A stretch of 63,398 nucleotides of DNA from a virus (Duplodnaviria; Caudoviricetes), in the IMG/VR virus record IMGVR_UViG_3300032271_000550, positions 1 through 63,398 of that record; one strand, written 5' to 3'. The first letter of the stretch is position 1, and each line of letters begins with the position of its first letter. This document shows, piece by piece, positions 37,622 through 46,887 of this stretch. The position numbers and the translations under genes are program-made. The notes below the pieces were generated by a model that saw only the letters and a list, made by a program, of their open reading frames with translations, did no database searches and was not told where the DNA came from.

Positions 37622-38634
37622 TGTCACTCCAAAAAGTTTTAGCACAGATTAATAAGAAGTACGGCGAAAACACCGTCGTATTGGCATCAGACGTCGCAGC
37701 ACCAACTCGTTTCACATCAGGCTCACTATCGCTGGACATGATTCTTGGAGGAGGCTGGCCTACCAACCAGTGGCACGAAATTATTGGTGAGGCAAGCAAC
37801 GGTAAAACCGCACTTGCACTTAAGACAATTGCTGCCAATCAAAAGCGTGACCCTAACTTCACCACTATCTGGATTGCTGCCGAGCAGTGGGTTCCAGAGT
37901 ACGCAGAGATGTGTGGCGTGGACCAGACTCGTGTTCACGTATTTACCAGCAACGTCATGGAAACAGCCCTTACAGCCGTTCTAGAGTTCATTGAGACTAA
38001 AGAAGTAGACTGTGTGGTCATTGACTCGTTGCCTGCTCTTGTGCCTTCAGCAGAAGACGAGAAGGAAATGGACGAGTTTACTGTTGGTCGTGGAGCTATG
38101 CTTATGGGCAAGTTCTTCCGCAAGATGGAAAAAGCTGGCAAGCGTGACCTACTAGGTGGCGAGCGTCCGTTCATTGGTCTAATCATTAACCAGTTCCGTA
38201 TGAAAATTGGCGTCATGTACGGCGACCCACGCACCACCCCTGGTGGCGAAGCTAAGAACTACTTCTTCTTTACCCGCATTGACGTAAAGCGCGATGAGTG
38301 GATTGAAGTTGGTACTGGTCAGGAGAAGAAGAAGGTCGGTCAGACCATCAAGTTCCAGACTCGTAAAAACAAGTCAGCCCCTCCAGGACAGACCGCATTT
38401 GTAGATTTCTACTTTGATGACGGTGCTGGCATTGATAAGGGCGAATACGATTACGCTAAAGAGATTGTATCTCTGGCTATCATTAATAAGCTAGTTGTCC
38501 GAGCAGGTGCTTACTACCGTTACTCGGACCGCCAATGGCAGGGTGCAGACGCCTTGCTCAGTTCTATTCGTGAAGAGGTTGACCTGCAGGAGCAGTTGAC
38601 CAAGGACGTATTGGGGACACTACAATTAGCATAG
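37621..38634 (+). CDS. recA: RecA-family recombinase
   Basis: SGSLSLDMILGGG, GEASNGKT, VIDS, INQFRMKIGVMYGDPRTTPGG. Confidence 0.96.
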   Translation: MSLQKVLAQINKKYGENTVVLASDVAAPTRFTSGSLSLDMILGGGWPTNQWHEIIGEASNGKTALALKTIAANQKRDPNFTTIWIAAEQWVPEYAEMCGVDQTRVHVFTSNVMETALTAVLEFIETKEVDCVVIDSLPALVPSAEDEKEMDEFTVGRGAMLMGKFFRKMEKAGKRDLLGGERPFIGLIINQFRMKIGVMYGDPRTTPGGEAKNYFFFTRIDVKRDEWIEVGTGQEKKKVGQTIKFQTRKNKSAPPGQTAFVDFYFDDGAGIDKGEYDYAKEIVSLAIINKLVVRAGAYYRYSDRQWQGADALLSSIREEVDLQEQLTKDVLGTLQLA

Positions 38635-38831
38635 GTAGAGCGCCCAAGCGGGCACAGTCTGTTTGTACTTTGTGCGATAAACCATTTTACGCAAAGAAAA
38701 TGTGTAAGTCGCATTACATGTCTGAGTTTAGAGAAGACTTTAAAACAATCGTTAGTAAAAAGAAAACATACGCCCCAGAAGATTTAGTTGATTTTTGGAC
38801 ATTTGTTAAAAAGGAATTAAATATTGGCTAG
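38631..38831 (+). CDS. small zinc-finger protein with non-canonical (ATA) start, or pseudogene
   Basis: Translated by hand: IGRAPKRAQSVCTLCDKPFYAKKMCKSHY...KELNIG; fills the recA-to-nuclease gap. Confidence 0.5.
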   Translation: MGRAPKRAQSVCTLCDKPFYAKKMCKSHYMSEFREDFKTIVSKKKTYAPEDLVDFWTFVKKELNIG

Positions 38832-39168
38832 GTCAGAAGGTCAAAAGCAATCCCAGAAACACGAGAAAAGGTTAGCCAAACTAACTGGCGGGCAGAAAAA
38901 CGTTGCTTCTGGAGCTTTTTGGTTTCGTAAAGGCGATGTGCGGTCAGAAGATTTGTTGATTGAGCACAAGTGGACAGGTAAGAAATCATTTAGCCTTCAG
39001 TCATCTGTGCTAGAAAAAATTATGACTGAGGCACTAATTGATGGCCGTACTCCAGTTTTGGGCATCAGCATGAATGAGGTTAATTACGTAATACTCGACG
39101 AAAACGACTTCTTGACCATGCGCGAGTTTCTGATACAATGTATAGAGGAACACACGGAAGAGAAGTAA
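38824..39168 (+). CDS. PD-(D/E)XK resolvase-like endonuclease
   Basis: HEKRLAK, SGA, KGDV, LLIEHKWT. Confidence 0.75.
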   Translation: MARSEGQKQSQKHEKRLAKLTGGQKNVASGAFWFRKGDVRSEDLLIEHKWTGKKSFSLQSSVLEKIMTEALIDGRTPVLGISMNEVNYVILDENDFLTMREFLIQCIEEHTEEK

Positions 39169-39187
39169 ATTATCATTTGGAGTTTAC

Positions 39188-39547
39188 TTGTCTTTACCAA
39201 TACCGTTTTTAGAACCAGAACCTTGGCAATTTGATTCCAAGTGTGGCGAACAGGTCTATGACCCCGCTACAAAAGATTACAAACCTGTTTATAACGCAGA
39301 CTTATGGTTTCCACCACGCGACAAAAAACTATACAAACCCATTGCTGACAAAGCTAAATCAATTTGCTACGGCAAAGACGGCAAGCCAGAATGCCCAGTT
39401 CGTATGCAGTGTTTATTGTTTGCAGATAAGAACGATGAAGTCCACGGTATCTGGGGCGGTATGAGTCACCGTGAGCGTAATGCGTTAAAACGAAAAGCAA
39501 ATAAATTAGGTACAACTTTAGAGGCGTTAGCTAAAAAAGGTAAGTAG
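39188..39547 (+). CDS. whiB: WhiB-family transcription factor
   Basis: Four Cys (KC, IC, CPVRMQC) and HGIWGGMSHRER. Confidence 0.93.
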   Translation: MSLPIPFLEPEPWQFDSKCGEQVYDPATKDYKPVYNADLWFPPRDKKLYKPIADKAKSICYGKDGKPECPVRMQCLLFADKNDEVHGIWGGMSHRERNALKRKANKLGTTLEALAKKGK

Positions 39548-39573
39548 ACATTTCGGCAAATGTGTGATAGGTT
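39545..39573 (+). promoter_or_regulatory. promoter for a probably leaderless transcript
   Basis: TAGACA-N17-TAGGTT, ATG 6 nt downstream, no RBS. Confidence 0.5.
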
Positions 39574-39579
39574 CTACGT

Positions 39580-40455
39580 ATGCCAGAGAAGAAACTAAAA
39601 AAACTGCCCGCAGGTGCCCTTAAAAACTTTGTAGACGCAGGTAAATCAACCACCCGAGTCATTAGCAAGGTAGAACGATTTGTCTTATCCCAGCCAATAG
39701 ACAACCACCGTTCGTTTGACGGATTGCACCCATCGGCTATGGTTAGCCCGTATTGGTGTCACAGAGCTTCGTATTTTCACCTACAAGGAAACCACCCAAA
39801 CCCAGAGCCACGCCAGTTTAAGCGTGAGTTAATTTTTGCACAAGGTCACGGTATTCATGCTACTTGGCAAAACTGGTTTAGAGATATGGGTAAGTTGTAT
39901 GGCGTGTGGGAGTGCAAAACCTGTGCCGTACAAGAGTGGGCGCTAAGTCCAGAGGGCTGCAGCGCTTGTGGGGCGGCATGGTCAATGAGATACCGTGAAG
40001 TACCAGTAGAGCACGCACCACTAATGATTACAGGTCATTCAGATGGTTGGCTAAAAGGATTTGGCGATGACTTGATGCTAGAAATAAAGTCAGTGGGTGC
40101 TGGTACATTTATGTGGTACGACAGGTCAGCATGGTTTGCTGGAGACCAGAACTTTGATGAGGCGTGGAAGAACTTAAAGTCCCCGTTCTCAGCCCACATT
40201 GCCCAGGTGCAGTTGTACATGAAAGTGTTAGAGCTGTCTGGTCGTGAAGACGTGCCGCAGGAAGCCGTGCTGTTGTACGAGGCTAAGCCTACGCAGGAAG
40301 TCAAAGAGTTTATTGTCCGCAAAGATGACTGGGCTATCCAGCCGATTATTGATGGCGCACAACTTGTGGTAGACTCGTTAGCAAAGAACATAGCGCCAGA
40401 CTGCAACGTCGGTGGAGCGCATAAATGCAAGCAGTGTGGAGGATTTAATGAGTAA
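39580..40455 (+). CDS. Cas4-like PD-(D/E)XK exonuclease
   Basis: LHPS...WCHR, GHGIH, GHSDG, LEIKS, QVQLYM, C-terminal Cys cluster. Confidence 0.85.
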   Translation: MPEKKLKKLPAGALKNFVDAGKSTTRVISKVERFVLSQPIDNHRSFDGLHPSAMVSPYWCHRASYFHLQGNHPNPEPRQFKRELIFAQGHGIHATWQNWFRDMGKLYGVWECKTCAVQEWALSPEGCSACGAAWSMRYREVPVEHAPLMITGHSDGWLKGFGDDLMLEIKSVGAGTFMWYDRSAWFAGDQNFDEAWKNLKSPFSAHIAQVQLYMKVLELSGREDVPQEAVLLYEAKPTQEVKEFIVRKDDWAIQPIIDGAQLVVDSLAKNIAPDCNVGGAHKCKQCGGFNE

Positions 40456-40945
40456 GCTAATCACCAGCGATACCAGCAAGTACGTGTTAGACACGTTGGA
40501 TGAGCAGGGTCTAAGTCTAGACCGAGAGATGCACATGCCTCGCCCGTCACTTCCTGCGGACATTACAGAAGTTGATGACGAAGAGCTAATGCGTTTGTAT
40601 ACCCATTTTTCGGCGTACAGCGACTTCGTTAATACCCAGCTTGCCTGTGCAGTTATTGATGAAAAAGAAGCGCAGCGTAACATTGATTACGCAGAGTCTG
40701 AGGCAATGCTACGTCACCAGAGCGCCAACGCCAAGACCACAGTTACAATTATTAAAGCGCTAGTTGATGGCGACCCTACGCTGGGTGAGTTGCGACAGGA
40801 TTCGCTAAACAAGTATTCGTACCGCAAGATGCTAGAAACTATGGCAAACAACCTAGAGCGTAGCAGTTCTGTTTGCAGCCGTGAGTTGACCCGCCGAACT
40901 TCAGGTGACAACTTTAAGACACGTAGCCGTAAGTTTACTGTCTAA
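40448..40945 (+). CDS. helical protein, possibly a recombination mediator (UvsY-like)
   Basis: Coiled-coil character, SRELTRR C-terminus, recombination gene context. Confidence 0.55.
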   Translation: MSKLITSDTSKYVLDTLDEQGLSLDREMHMPRPSLPADITEVDDEELMRLYTHFSAYSDFVNTQLACAVIDEKEAQRNIDYAESEAMLRHQSANAKTTVTIIKALVDGDPTLGELRQDSLNKYSYRKMLETMANNLERSSSVCSRELTRRTSGDNFKTRSRKFTV

Positions 40946-41532
40946 TGGCTGCCAAAAAGGGTCCAAAAGTATTTGGTAAACCGTTACCACTTAAAGTAAA
41001 CCGTTTAGCGATTGGTATTGACCAATCATACTCAGGTTTTGGTGTGACCCTTATGGACATGGATTCAGACGCTTACTACACCACCGTGTTTAAGGGAGAA
41101 GGTATCGGCATTGACCGATTGCTAGATATCCAAGAAAAGTTGTGGGCAATTATTGAAGATGCAACACCAGCATCATCAGAAGTAATTGTGGGCATGGAAG
41201 GATACGCGTTTGGCTCGCAGATGGCAAACATGGCAGGCGAATTGGGTGCGGTTGTAAAACTAACTTTGCATGACCTATTGCACAAATACCACGGTAAGTA
41301 CCCATACATCATTCCACCGACAGTATTAAAGAAGTATGTTACTGGTAAAGGTAATGGCGTACAAAAAAACCAAATACTGTTGAGTGTGTACAAAAAGTGG
41401 GGGGTAGAGTTTACCGACGACAATGCCGCAGATTCGTACGCATTAGCGCACATGGTAGCTGGTAAGTGTGACCTAGCGTACGAACGTGAGATTTACCACA
41501 ATATTCAAGACCCTAAGTATCGGGAGAAATAA
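40945..41532 (+). CDS. RuvC-like Holliday junction resolvase
   Basis: IGIDQSYSGFG, MEGYAF, PPTVLKKYVTGKGN, DDNAADS. Confidence 0.88.
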   Translation: MAAKKGPKVFGKPLPLKVNRLAIGIDQSYSGFGVTLMDMDSDAYYTTVFKGEGIGIDRLLDIQEKLWAIIEDATPASSEVIVGMEGYAFGSQMANMAGELGAVVKLTLHDLLHKYHGKYPYIIPPTVLKKYVTGKGNGVQKNQILLSVYKKWGVEFTDDNAADSYALAHMVAGKCDLAYEREIYHNIQDPKYREK

Positions 41533-41664
41533 ATGTTTTTGGTATTGCTAATTGTTTTAAGTATAATAGTATTTGTCGGAACTGCAATTGCCCTTTCAGC
41601 ACTTATGTCAGTTTTTACTATAGACGTATCACCACTTGACTTTGGTAACGAAGAGGATGTATAA
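41533..41664 (+). CDS. small single-pass membrane protein (43 aa)
   Basis: Translated by hand; GGGAG RBS; hydrophobic N-terminus, acidic tail. Confidence 0.55.
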   Translation: MFLVLLIVLSIIVFVGTAIALSALMSVFTIDVSPLDFGNEEDV

Positions 41665-41871
41665 ATGTACGGTACCGAATTTTCACGCAAACCACCTAAA
41701 AGGAAAAACAAAATGTCTGACGCAAGATTCCTAGTACTAGCCATCGCCCTCGGTTTAGTGTTTATCGGGCTATCCTACATGCTTATCGAGTCAACCCCAG
41801 CTTCGCCTATTTTAATTGGCGTTGGACTGACCCTAGCAATTGCTAGCCAAGTCCGAGTTAATGGGAACTAA
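41665..41871 (+). CDS. small two-helix membrane protein
   Basis: ORF track; two hydrophobic segments. Confidence 0.6.
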   Translation: MYGTEFSRKPPKRKNKMSDARFLVLAIALGLVFIGLSYMLIESTPASPILIGVGLTLAIASQVRVNGN

Positions 41872-42019
41872 TAAATCAGGTTGGTGCATAACTAACCACC
41901 ACACAGAATGCCCACAAGCATTCCCCACGCACATTTGCTCGTGTATATGCCACGGCGGAGTCGAAGAATCAGTCAAAGAACCAGAGGTAAAGAAAAATGT
42001 TAGACAGCGAAAAGTTTAA
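41861..42019 (+). CDS. small Cys/His-rich protein (52 aa)
   Basis: Translated by hand: SGWCITNHHTEC...CSCICH. Confidence 0.55.
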   Translation: MGTNKSGWCITNHHTECPQAFPTHICSCICHGGVEESVKEPEVKKNVRQRKV

Positions 42020-42326
42020 GCAAGAGTTCATCAACTCGGCGTTTGAGGCTGCTTTGGCTAAAAAGTTTAAAGAAGCCCAAGACATGTTGATTAAAAAGCA
42101 CCGTGACTACGGACCAAAGAACATTAGCCAGTCTCCTGGCGGACCGTTGAACGGTTTGCGTGTTCGTATCTGGGATAAGCAAGCACGGATTAATAACTTG
42201 CTAGAGTCAGGCGCAAACCCAGAGAATGAAAGCCTGCGCGACAGTTTCCTAGATATGGCTAACTATGCCATCATCGGAATGATGGTTATAGATGGCGACT
42301 GGGAAAAAGACTACCACGCAAATTAA
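41997..42326 (+). CDS. nucleotide-modification-associated domain 1 (DUF1599-like) protein
   Basis: KKHRDYG, RIWDKQARI, ESLRDSFLDMANYAII. Confidence 0.8.
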   Translation: MLDSEKFKQEFINSAFEAALAKKFKEAQDMLIKKHRDYGPKNISQSPGGPLNGLRVRIWDKQARINNLLESGANPENESLRDSFLDMANYAIIGMMVIDGDWEKDYHAN

Positions 42327-42403
42327 TAAAGATTAAAAACAATTTGCCGCCAATTACCTTTATAGTATTAATGCGGGAGCATTAATCAAACAAAAGGTAA
42401 TAT

Positions 42404-42688
42404 ATGTCTGAACTACAAAACGATGAAGATATCCTGCGCGTAAGCGCATCCAGCAACCCACAGTCGGTAGCGTCTGCAATTGCACACGCCATATACGAAA
42501 AGGGTACGTGCAAGATTCGCGCCGTAGGTGCGGGTCCAGTTAACCAAGCTGTGAAGGCAATTGCCATCGCCAGCGGTTACACAGCCCCAAGAGGAATTAG
42601 CCTAATCTGTATCCCAGGTTTCCAGTCAGTGGAAATTAATGGCGAAAAGATTAGCGCAATCCTATTTAAAGTAAATTCAGTTAACTAA
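42404..42688 (+). CDS. spoVS: SpoVS-family (Alba-like) nucleic-acid-binding protein
   Basis: LRVSASSNPQSVASAIA...AVGAGPVNQAVKAIAIA...PGF. Confidence 0.92.
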   Translation: MSELQNDEDILRVSASSNPQSVASAIAHAIYEKGTCKIRAVGAGPVNQAVKAIAIASGYTAPRGISLICIPGFQSVEINGEKISAILFKVNSVN

Positions 42689-42752
42689 GCGTATTTAGTT
42701 AAATAGCGGTACTGTTGTAGTATCAACCATCTTAGGCCAAAGAGGTAAAATT

Positions 42753-43064
42753 ATGGACAAATCAAACAGCAAGTTTAATACTATGGGCACCAGCGCATCG
42801 CGCGGCGTAGACAACGCATCAGGTAAGCCTGAACGTGGCAAGCTAATGAAAAAGGGCAACACTGCCGCTGGAACTTTAGACGGCAAAAAAGGCGTTCAAA
42901 CAATGAAGCACGTAACGTCTAAGAAGGCTTATGGAATTAAGACCAGGATGCCTTCGTACGTTGACCCACAGATTGGTCCTACCCAGGGTAACGGTCGCCT
43001 ATTCAATTCAGCAATCAACCGCACCTCGATTGATTTTGCAGATGGCATGACTGACCACAACTAA
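42753..43064 (+). CDS. basic hypothetical protein
   Basis: AGAGG RBS; followed by a terminator. Confidence 0.7.
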   Translation: MDKSNSKFNTMGTSASRGVDNASGKPERGKLMKKGNTAAGTLDGKKGVQTMKHVTSKKAYGIKTRMPSYVDPQIGPTQGNGRLFNSAINRTSIDFADGMTDHN

Positions 43065-43073
43065 GCTAAACAG

Positions 43074-43101
43074 AAAAGCCCGCCGAAAGGCGGGTTTTTT
43101 T
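43074..43101 (+). terminator. intrinsic terminator
   Basis: GCCCGCC-gaaa-GGCGGGT followed by a T run. Confidence 0.85.
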
Positions 43102-43194
43102 GTGCCCTTGACAAGTCAATAATTATCGGCAATAATCATGATGTACCGCGAAATGTTGTGGTAGAGTACTAATTAGCAAACCGAGAGAAGGAAC

Positions 43195-43437
43195 ATGCTA
43201 CTAGACGAGTTAAAAGCTATTGCAGCTAAAGCATCCATCGAAGGATGTGTAGTTGGAGTTTGGGTAAAAGAGCAAGACAAAGAATTTCAAGAAGTATTTG
43301 AACTTCTACGTAGTAAACCAAACCTACCACTACTTGAAACACAGCGTTTAATCCAATCGCACTATCCAAACTTACCCTTTAAGCGTACGTCATTTGCGTA
43401 CCATATGAGAGGAACATGCACGTGTCCGAAAGCTTAG
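43195..43437 (+). CDS. hypothetical protein with C-terminal H..G.C.C motif
   Basis: AAGGA RBS; YHMRGTCTC. Confidence 0.7.
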   Translation: MLLDELKAIAAKASIEGCVVGVWVKEQDKEFQEVFELLRSKPNLPLLETQRLIQSHYPNLPFKRTSFAYHMRGTCTCPKA

Positions 43438-44429
43438 CCCGCGAATTAGCCAAGTTACTTGGCGAAGACCCTATCAAGCAGTTCCCCGTTAGCCAAGCGC
43501 AGAAGATGACAATTAAGCCATCAACCGCAAAGCCAAGCAAGAGCAAGAACGGCTGGAAGTTGGCAGCATTGTTGCCCGACACCCAAATTGGTTATCGTGT
43601 TTACGAAGATGGCTCGGTTGTAGAGTTTCATTCTGAGGCTGCCATCGACATTGCCTTGCAAATCGTAAACTATGCCAACACAGAGTTTGGCGTGGACACG
43701 ATTGTCAATCTTGGCGACACCTTAGACCTACCACAGCAAAGCCGTCACCACCAAGAGATTGCGTTCCAAAACTCAACCAACCTTGCTATCCAGCGAGCAT
43801 ACGAATATTTGGCAGCCCAGCGTGCAACAGCGCCAGATGCGGAAATTGTATTTTTAGAGGGAAACCACGATTGCCGTATATATAAGTATCTGGCAGAGAA
43901 CGCACCAGCTGTAGCAAACATGCGTCAGGCTGGAACTACGCCTAACGACTGGCCTGTAAATAGCTTGCCACATCTGCTACGCATGGACGAATTAAACGTC
44001 AAGTACGCCAGCGGTTACCCAGCAGGCGAGTACTGGCTAAACAAGAACCTTCGGTGCATCCACGGCGACCGTGTTAATTCCAGCGGTAGCACCGCCATGA
44101 AATACATTAACTCGAACCACCACGTTTCTGTTATTTACGGTCACATCCACCGTATTGAAATGCTATACCACACAAACCATACAAGCACAGGACCCGCTAG
44201 AAACGCCGCGTTCAGCCCTGGATGCCTGTGTAGAGTAGATGGTTCAGTTCCGTCCGTTAAGGGCGGTATTACCCCTAATGAGAAACCAGTTAAGTACTGG
44301 GAAAACTGGCAGCAGGGTGTTGGATTTGCGTGGTACAAAGACACTGGCGAATTCACCCTGCTGTCTGTCCCAATTATTGATGAGTGGGCAGTATTTATGG
44401 GCAAAGAGTTTAGAACACAAATTAATTAA
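43416..44429 (+). CDS. calcineurin-like metallophosphoesterase
   Basis: LPDTQIG, LGDTLD, EGNHD, IHGD, YGHIHR. Confidence 0.9.
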   Translation: MHVSESLARELAKLLGEDPIKQFPVSQAQKMTIKPSTAKPSKSKNGWKLAALLPDTQIGYRVYEDGSVVEFHSEAAIDIALQIVNYANTEFGVDTIVNLGDTLDLPQQSRHHQEIAFQNSTNLAIQRAYEYLAAQRATAPDAEIVFLEGNHDCRIYKYLAENAPAVANMRQAGTTPNDWPVNSLPHLLRMDELNVKYASGYPAGEYWLNKNLRCIHGDRVNSSGSTAMKYINSNHHVSVIYGHIHRIEMLYHTNHTSTGPARNAAFSPGCLCRVDGSVPSVKGGITPNEKPVKYWENWQQGVGFAWYKDTGEFTLLSVPIIDEWAVFMGKEFRTQIN

Positions 44430-44449
44430 TTAGTGTCTAAACTGATTAC

Positions 44450-44974
44450 ATGGCTGCTAATCAGAACATTCAAAGCTTAGGTGCTGGTGGATTATACGGC
44501 ACTTACACCAACTATGGTGGTGGTGGCGTTGCTGTCGCCCGCTCTGAAATGGATTACCTACGCATGGGCGTGGGTCGTGAACCTTCAGCCGAGTACCCAG
44601 ATGGTTATTTAGGTACAATCAGAACTCGCCGCGATGACCGCGGACGCCCTAATAGCGTATCTGAGCAAGTCCTTCAAGGACTAAAAGTACGCCAAACACA
44701 ACGTGGATATCAGCGTGGTGTGCATCGCGGCGAGCGAATTGACCCAGGTGATTACTATTATCCTGATAACTTTAAAGCAGACCGAGGTATTGCCAGACAA
44801 ATGGCAGCCGCTCGCAAGGGCGCACCTAGCCCACGTTTTGCCCCAGCTTTTTCATTAGCCCCAGCCCCTCACTTGGTAAACGACGGCAAGGCTAACACAC
44901 GTTCTAGTTCCCCGCTAGAAATGAACAATGTCCGCAAGTCACAACTTCGCGGTTTAAGCCCACAGTGGAGTTAG
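44450..44974 (+). CDS. hypothetical protein (probably leaderless)
   Basis: TAAACT 7 nt before the ATG; AEYPDGYLG, YQRGVHRGERID. Confidence 0.75.
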   Translation: MAANQNIQSLGAGGLYGTYTNYGGGGVAVARSEMDYLRMGVGREPSAEYPDGYLGTIRTRRDDRGRPNSVSEQVLQGLKVRQTQRGYQRGVHRGERIDPGDYYYPDNFKADRGIARQMAAARKGAPSPRFAPAFSLAPAPHLVNDGKANTRSSSPLEMNNVRKSQLRGLSPQWS

Positions 44975-44982
44975 AATAAATA

Positions 44983-45702
44983 ATGCCTAGCACAAAACCT
45001 ACCCCTAATCCTATGCCTGGTCCAGCACCTAAGCCAAATACTGGAGCACACAAAGACAATGGACCTGACTGGGGTGCAATTGGTTCAACAGTAGCAGGCG
45101 CAGGTCTTTTAGCCGCAGGTGTGCTTGGAACCCCATTTACTGGCGGGCTTAGTGACGTACTAGACGCTCCAGGAGCAGCCCTGTTAGCGGGAGGAACAGC
45201 AGCAGAATTAGGTGGCGCAGAAGCCGCCGTAGGCGCAGCCGCAAATGGTTCTAGAACTGGTGAATTTTTATCTGGTGCAGCCGATAAAATAGGTAAATTT
45301 GGGGATAAAGTATTTAGAGGCGGAAAGACTGTAGGAGCAGCAAAAACTGCAAAAACTACAAGTGAAATGCCTGGCTGGACTTCTGGGCTAAAATCACCTG
45401 AAGCCCCATCAGTAATCAAGGCTTCTAACAAGGCTGATGTAGAAGCAGCTAAAGCATCTAACCGAGCAGCAGCTGGAGTACTTGGGCAAGCACCTGCATA
45501 TAAAGATTTAACTACTCCTCAAAAAGTTAAAAGAGTTGTCACAGGAACTGGAAAAGCAGCATTAAGTCTAGGTGGTCACGCAGTTGGTGGTTTAATTGGT
45601 GACGCTGCAGGCAGTGTTGGTAGTTCAGCAAACAACAATGCTCAGTATAACCCTGACATCAGTCGTTCAGCTAACTTTGAATTTGGAAGTAGCAACCACT
45701 AA
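44983..45702 (+). CDS. Gly/Ala-rich hypothetical protein
   Basis: ORF track; hydrophobic GAGLLAAGVLG..FTGG segment. Confidence 0.7.
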   Translation: MPSTKPTPNPMPGPAPKPNTGAHKDNGPDWGAIGSTVAGAGLLAAGVLGTPFTGGLSDVLDAPGAALLAGGTAAELGGAEAAVGAAANGSRTGEFLSGAADKIGKFGDKVFRGGKTVGAAKTAKTTSEMPGWTSGLKSPEAPSVIKASNKADVEAAKASNRAAAGVLGQAPAYKDLTTPQKVKRVVTGTGKAALSLGGHAVGGLIGDAAGSVGSSANNNAQYNPDISRSANFEFGSSNH

Positions 45703-45788
45703 TGATTCCAGAGTCTCGTAACGAGGCGTTCAAAGTTGGTATGGGTAACAGCGAGTACAATACTGGAATGGGTACAGGAGAATATTAA
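45702..45788 (+). CDS. 28-aa peptide
   Basis: Translated by hand: MIPESRNEAFKVGMGNSEYNTGMGTGEY; fills the gap exactly. Confidence 0.45.
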   Translation: MIPESRNEAFKVGMGNSEYNTGMGTGEY

Positions 45789-46145
45789 ATGCCTAATACC
45801 CCAAACGGTAAATACGGATTTAGAGCGTGGGATAAGCCAGTAGGCGTACCAAACCAGGCAGCTATGCCGCCACAAGCGTACATCGGCCCTTTTGCGTCTA
45901 ATCAAGAGCGCCTATTAACCCAAGCCCTACAAATTGGCAACATGACTGGTCAAGAGATACACGACTATGTTCGTCCGCCGATGCCACAGATTAATTTATT
46001 TCCGCAAAAGTTTGGTTATGAGACTAGCGAGTACGGCATTAAAGATATTGTAGAATTATCTGGTCGCCCGCAGCAGCGAGTTGATTTCAGCCAGCAGGCT
46101 ACAACCACAGAGTCCACCAGCCGAAACGCATTAGGAGACACATAA
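45789..46145 (+). CDS. hypothetical protein
   Basis: AGGAG RBS; ORF track. Confidence 0.75.
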   Translation: MPNTPNGKYGFRAWDKPVGVPNQAAMPPQAYIGPFASNQERLLTQALQIGNMTGQEIHDYVRPPMPQINLFPQKFGYETSEYGIKDIVELSGRPQQRVDFSQQATTTESTSRNALGDT

Positions 46146-46146
46146 A

Positions 46147-46362
46147 ATGGATTTATCCTCAATTGACCCAACGGGTGACGGCACAGCATTTCCTACACCT
46201 TACCCTAAAAATGTTAATGGTACCGTGTACAATGGTAGCAAAGGCTGTGAAGCCTGCGGAATACTGCTAAACCCAGTACAAGCACTTAATTCAGACATGT
46301 GCCCTTCGTGCAATAAGCGTCAGGCAGTAAACCGAGTATCCAACAAAATGGTAGGACAATAA
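46147..46362 (+). CDS. small zinc-finger protein
   Basis: CEAC...CPSC; AGGAG RBS. Confidence 0.75.
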   Translation: MDLSSIDPTGDGTAFPTPYPKNVNGTVYNGSKGCEACGILLNPVQALNSDMCPSCNKRQAVNRVSNKMVGQ

Positions 46363-46673
46363 TGGCAAAGTGCAATGGTTGCGGAATGGAAGCCCCGCGT
46401 ATTGTTGATGAGCACTACTCCACTGGCGCTTGCGCTATGTACAGGGACATGAAAGCACGCAACGGAGATGCCCCGTCAGGCAAGGGCAAGTCAAGACCAG
46501 CTGATAATGCGTCGCTCGTAGTAGGCGGAAAGCACTGCGAAGACTGCGACACAGTAGGTAAGGGCAAGAAGTTTGACGTTACCCACACAGGTCACGTTGT
46601 AAAGCGCCAGACAATTGGCCAGAAGTACAAAGATGGCCGTCTAACTCAAGACTTTCACAAGCTAGAGAAGTAG
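46362..46673 (+). CDS. Cys-containing hypothetical protein
   Basis: CNGC, CEDC; TAATG overlap. Confidence 0.65.
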   Translation: MAKCNGCGMEAPRIVDEHYSTGACAMYRDMKARNGDAPSGKGKSRPADNASLVVGGKHCEDCDTVGKGKKFDVTHTGHVVKRQTIGQKYKDGRLTQDFHKLEK

Positions 46674-46680
46674 GAAAACA

Positions 46681-46887
46681 ATGACAGTTAACAAGTCACG
46701 CTCAGAAAACAAGAGCATGCTAGAAGGCGCTACAGACGGCAAGTACCGCAAGCGTCGCCCAAACACAGAGGTTGCCCCAGGAATGGGAGACGAAAAGGTT
46801 ACACAAGACCGCGCTGCGCTGCACCCTTACATGAACTATGGTTTCATTAACAGCGAAGACCCAAACAAGCGTAACCCAGGGGCGTAA
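46681..46887 (+). CDS. hypothetical protein
   Basis: AGGA RBS; EGATDGKYRKRRP. Confidence 0.7.
   Translation: MTVNKSRSENKSMLEGATDGKYRKRRPNTEVAPGMGDEKVTQDRAALHPYMNYGFINSEDPNKRNPGA

Noticed and set aside
39580-40455. Cas4-like gene as part of a CRISPR-Cas system
   Set aside because: Stand-alone Cas4-like nucleases are common in phage recombination modules; no array or other cas genes.
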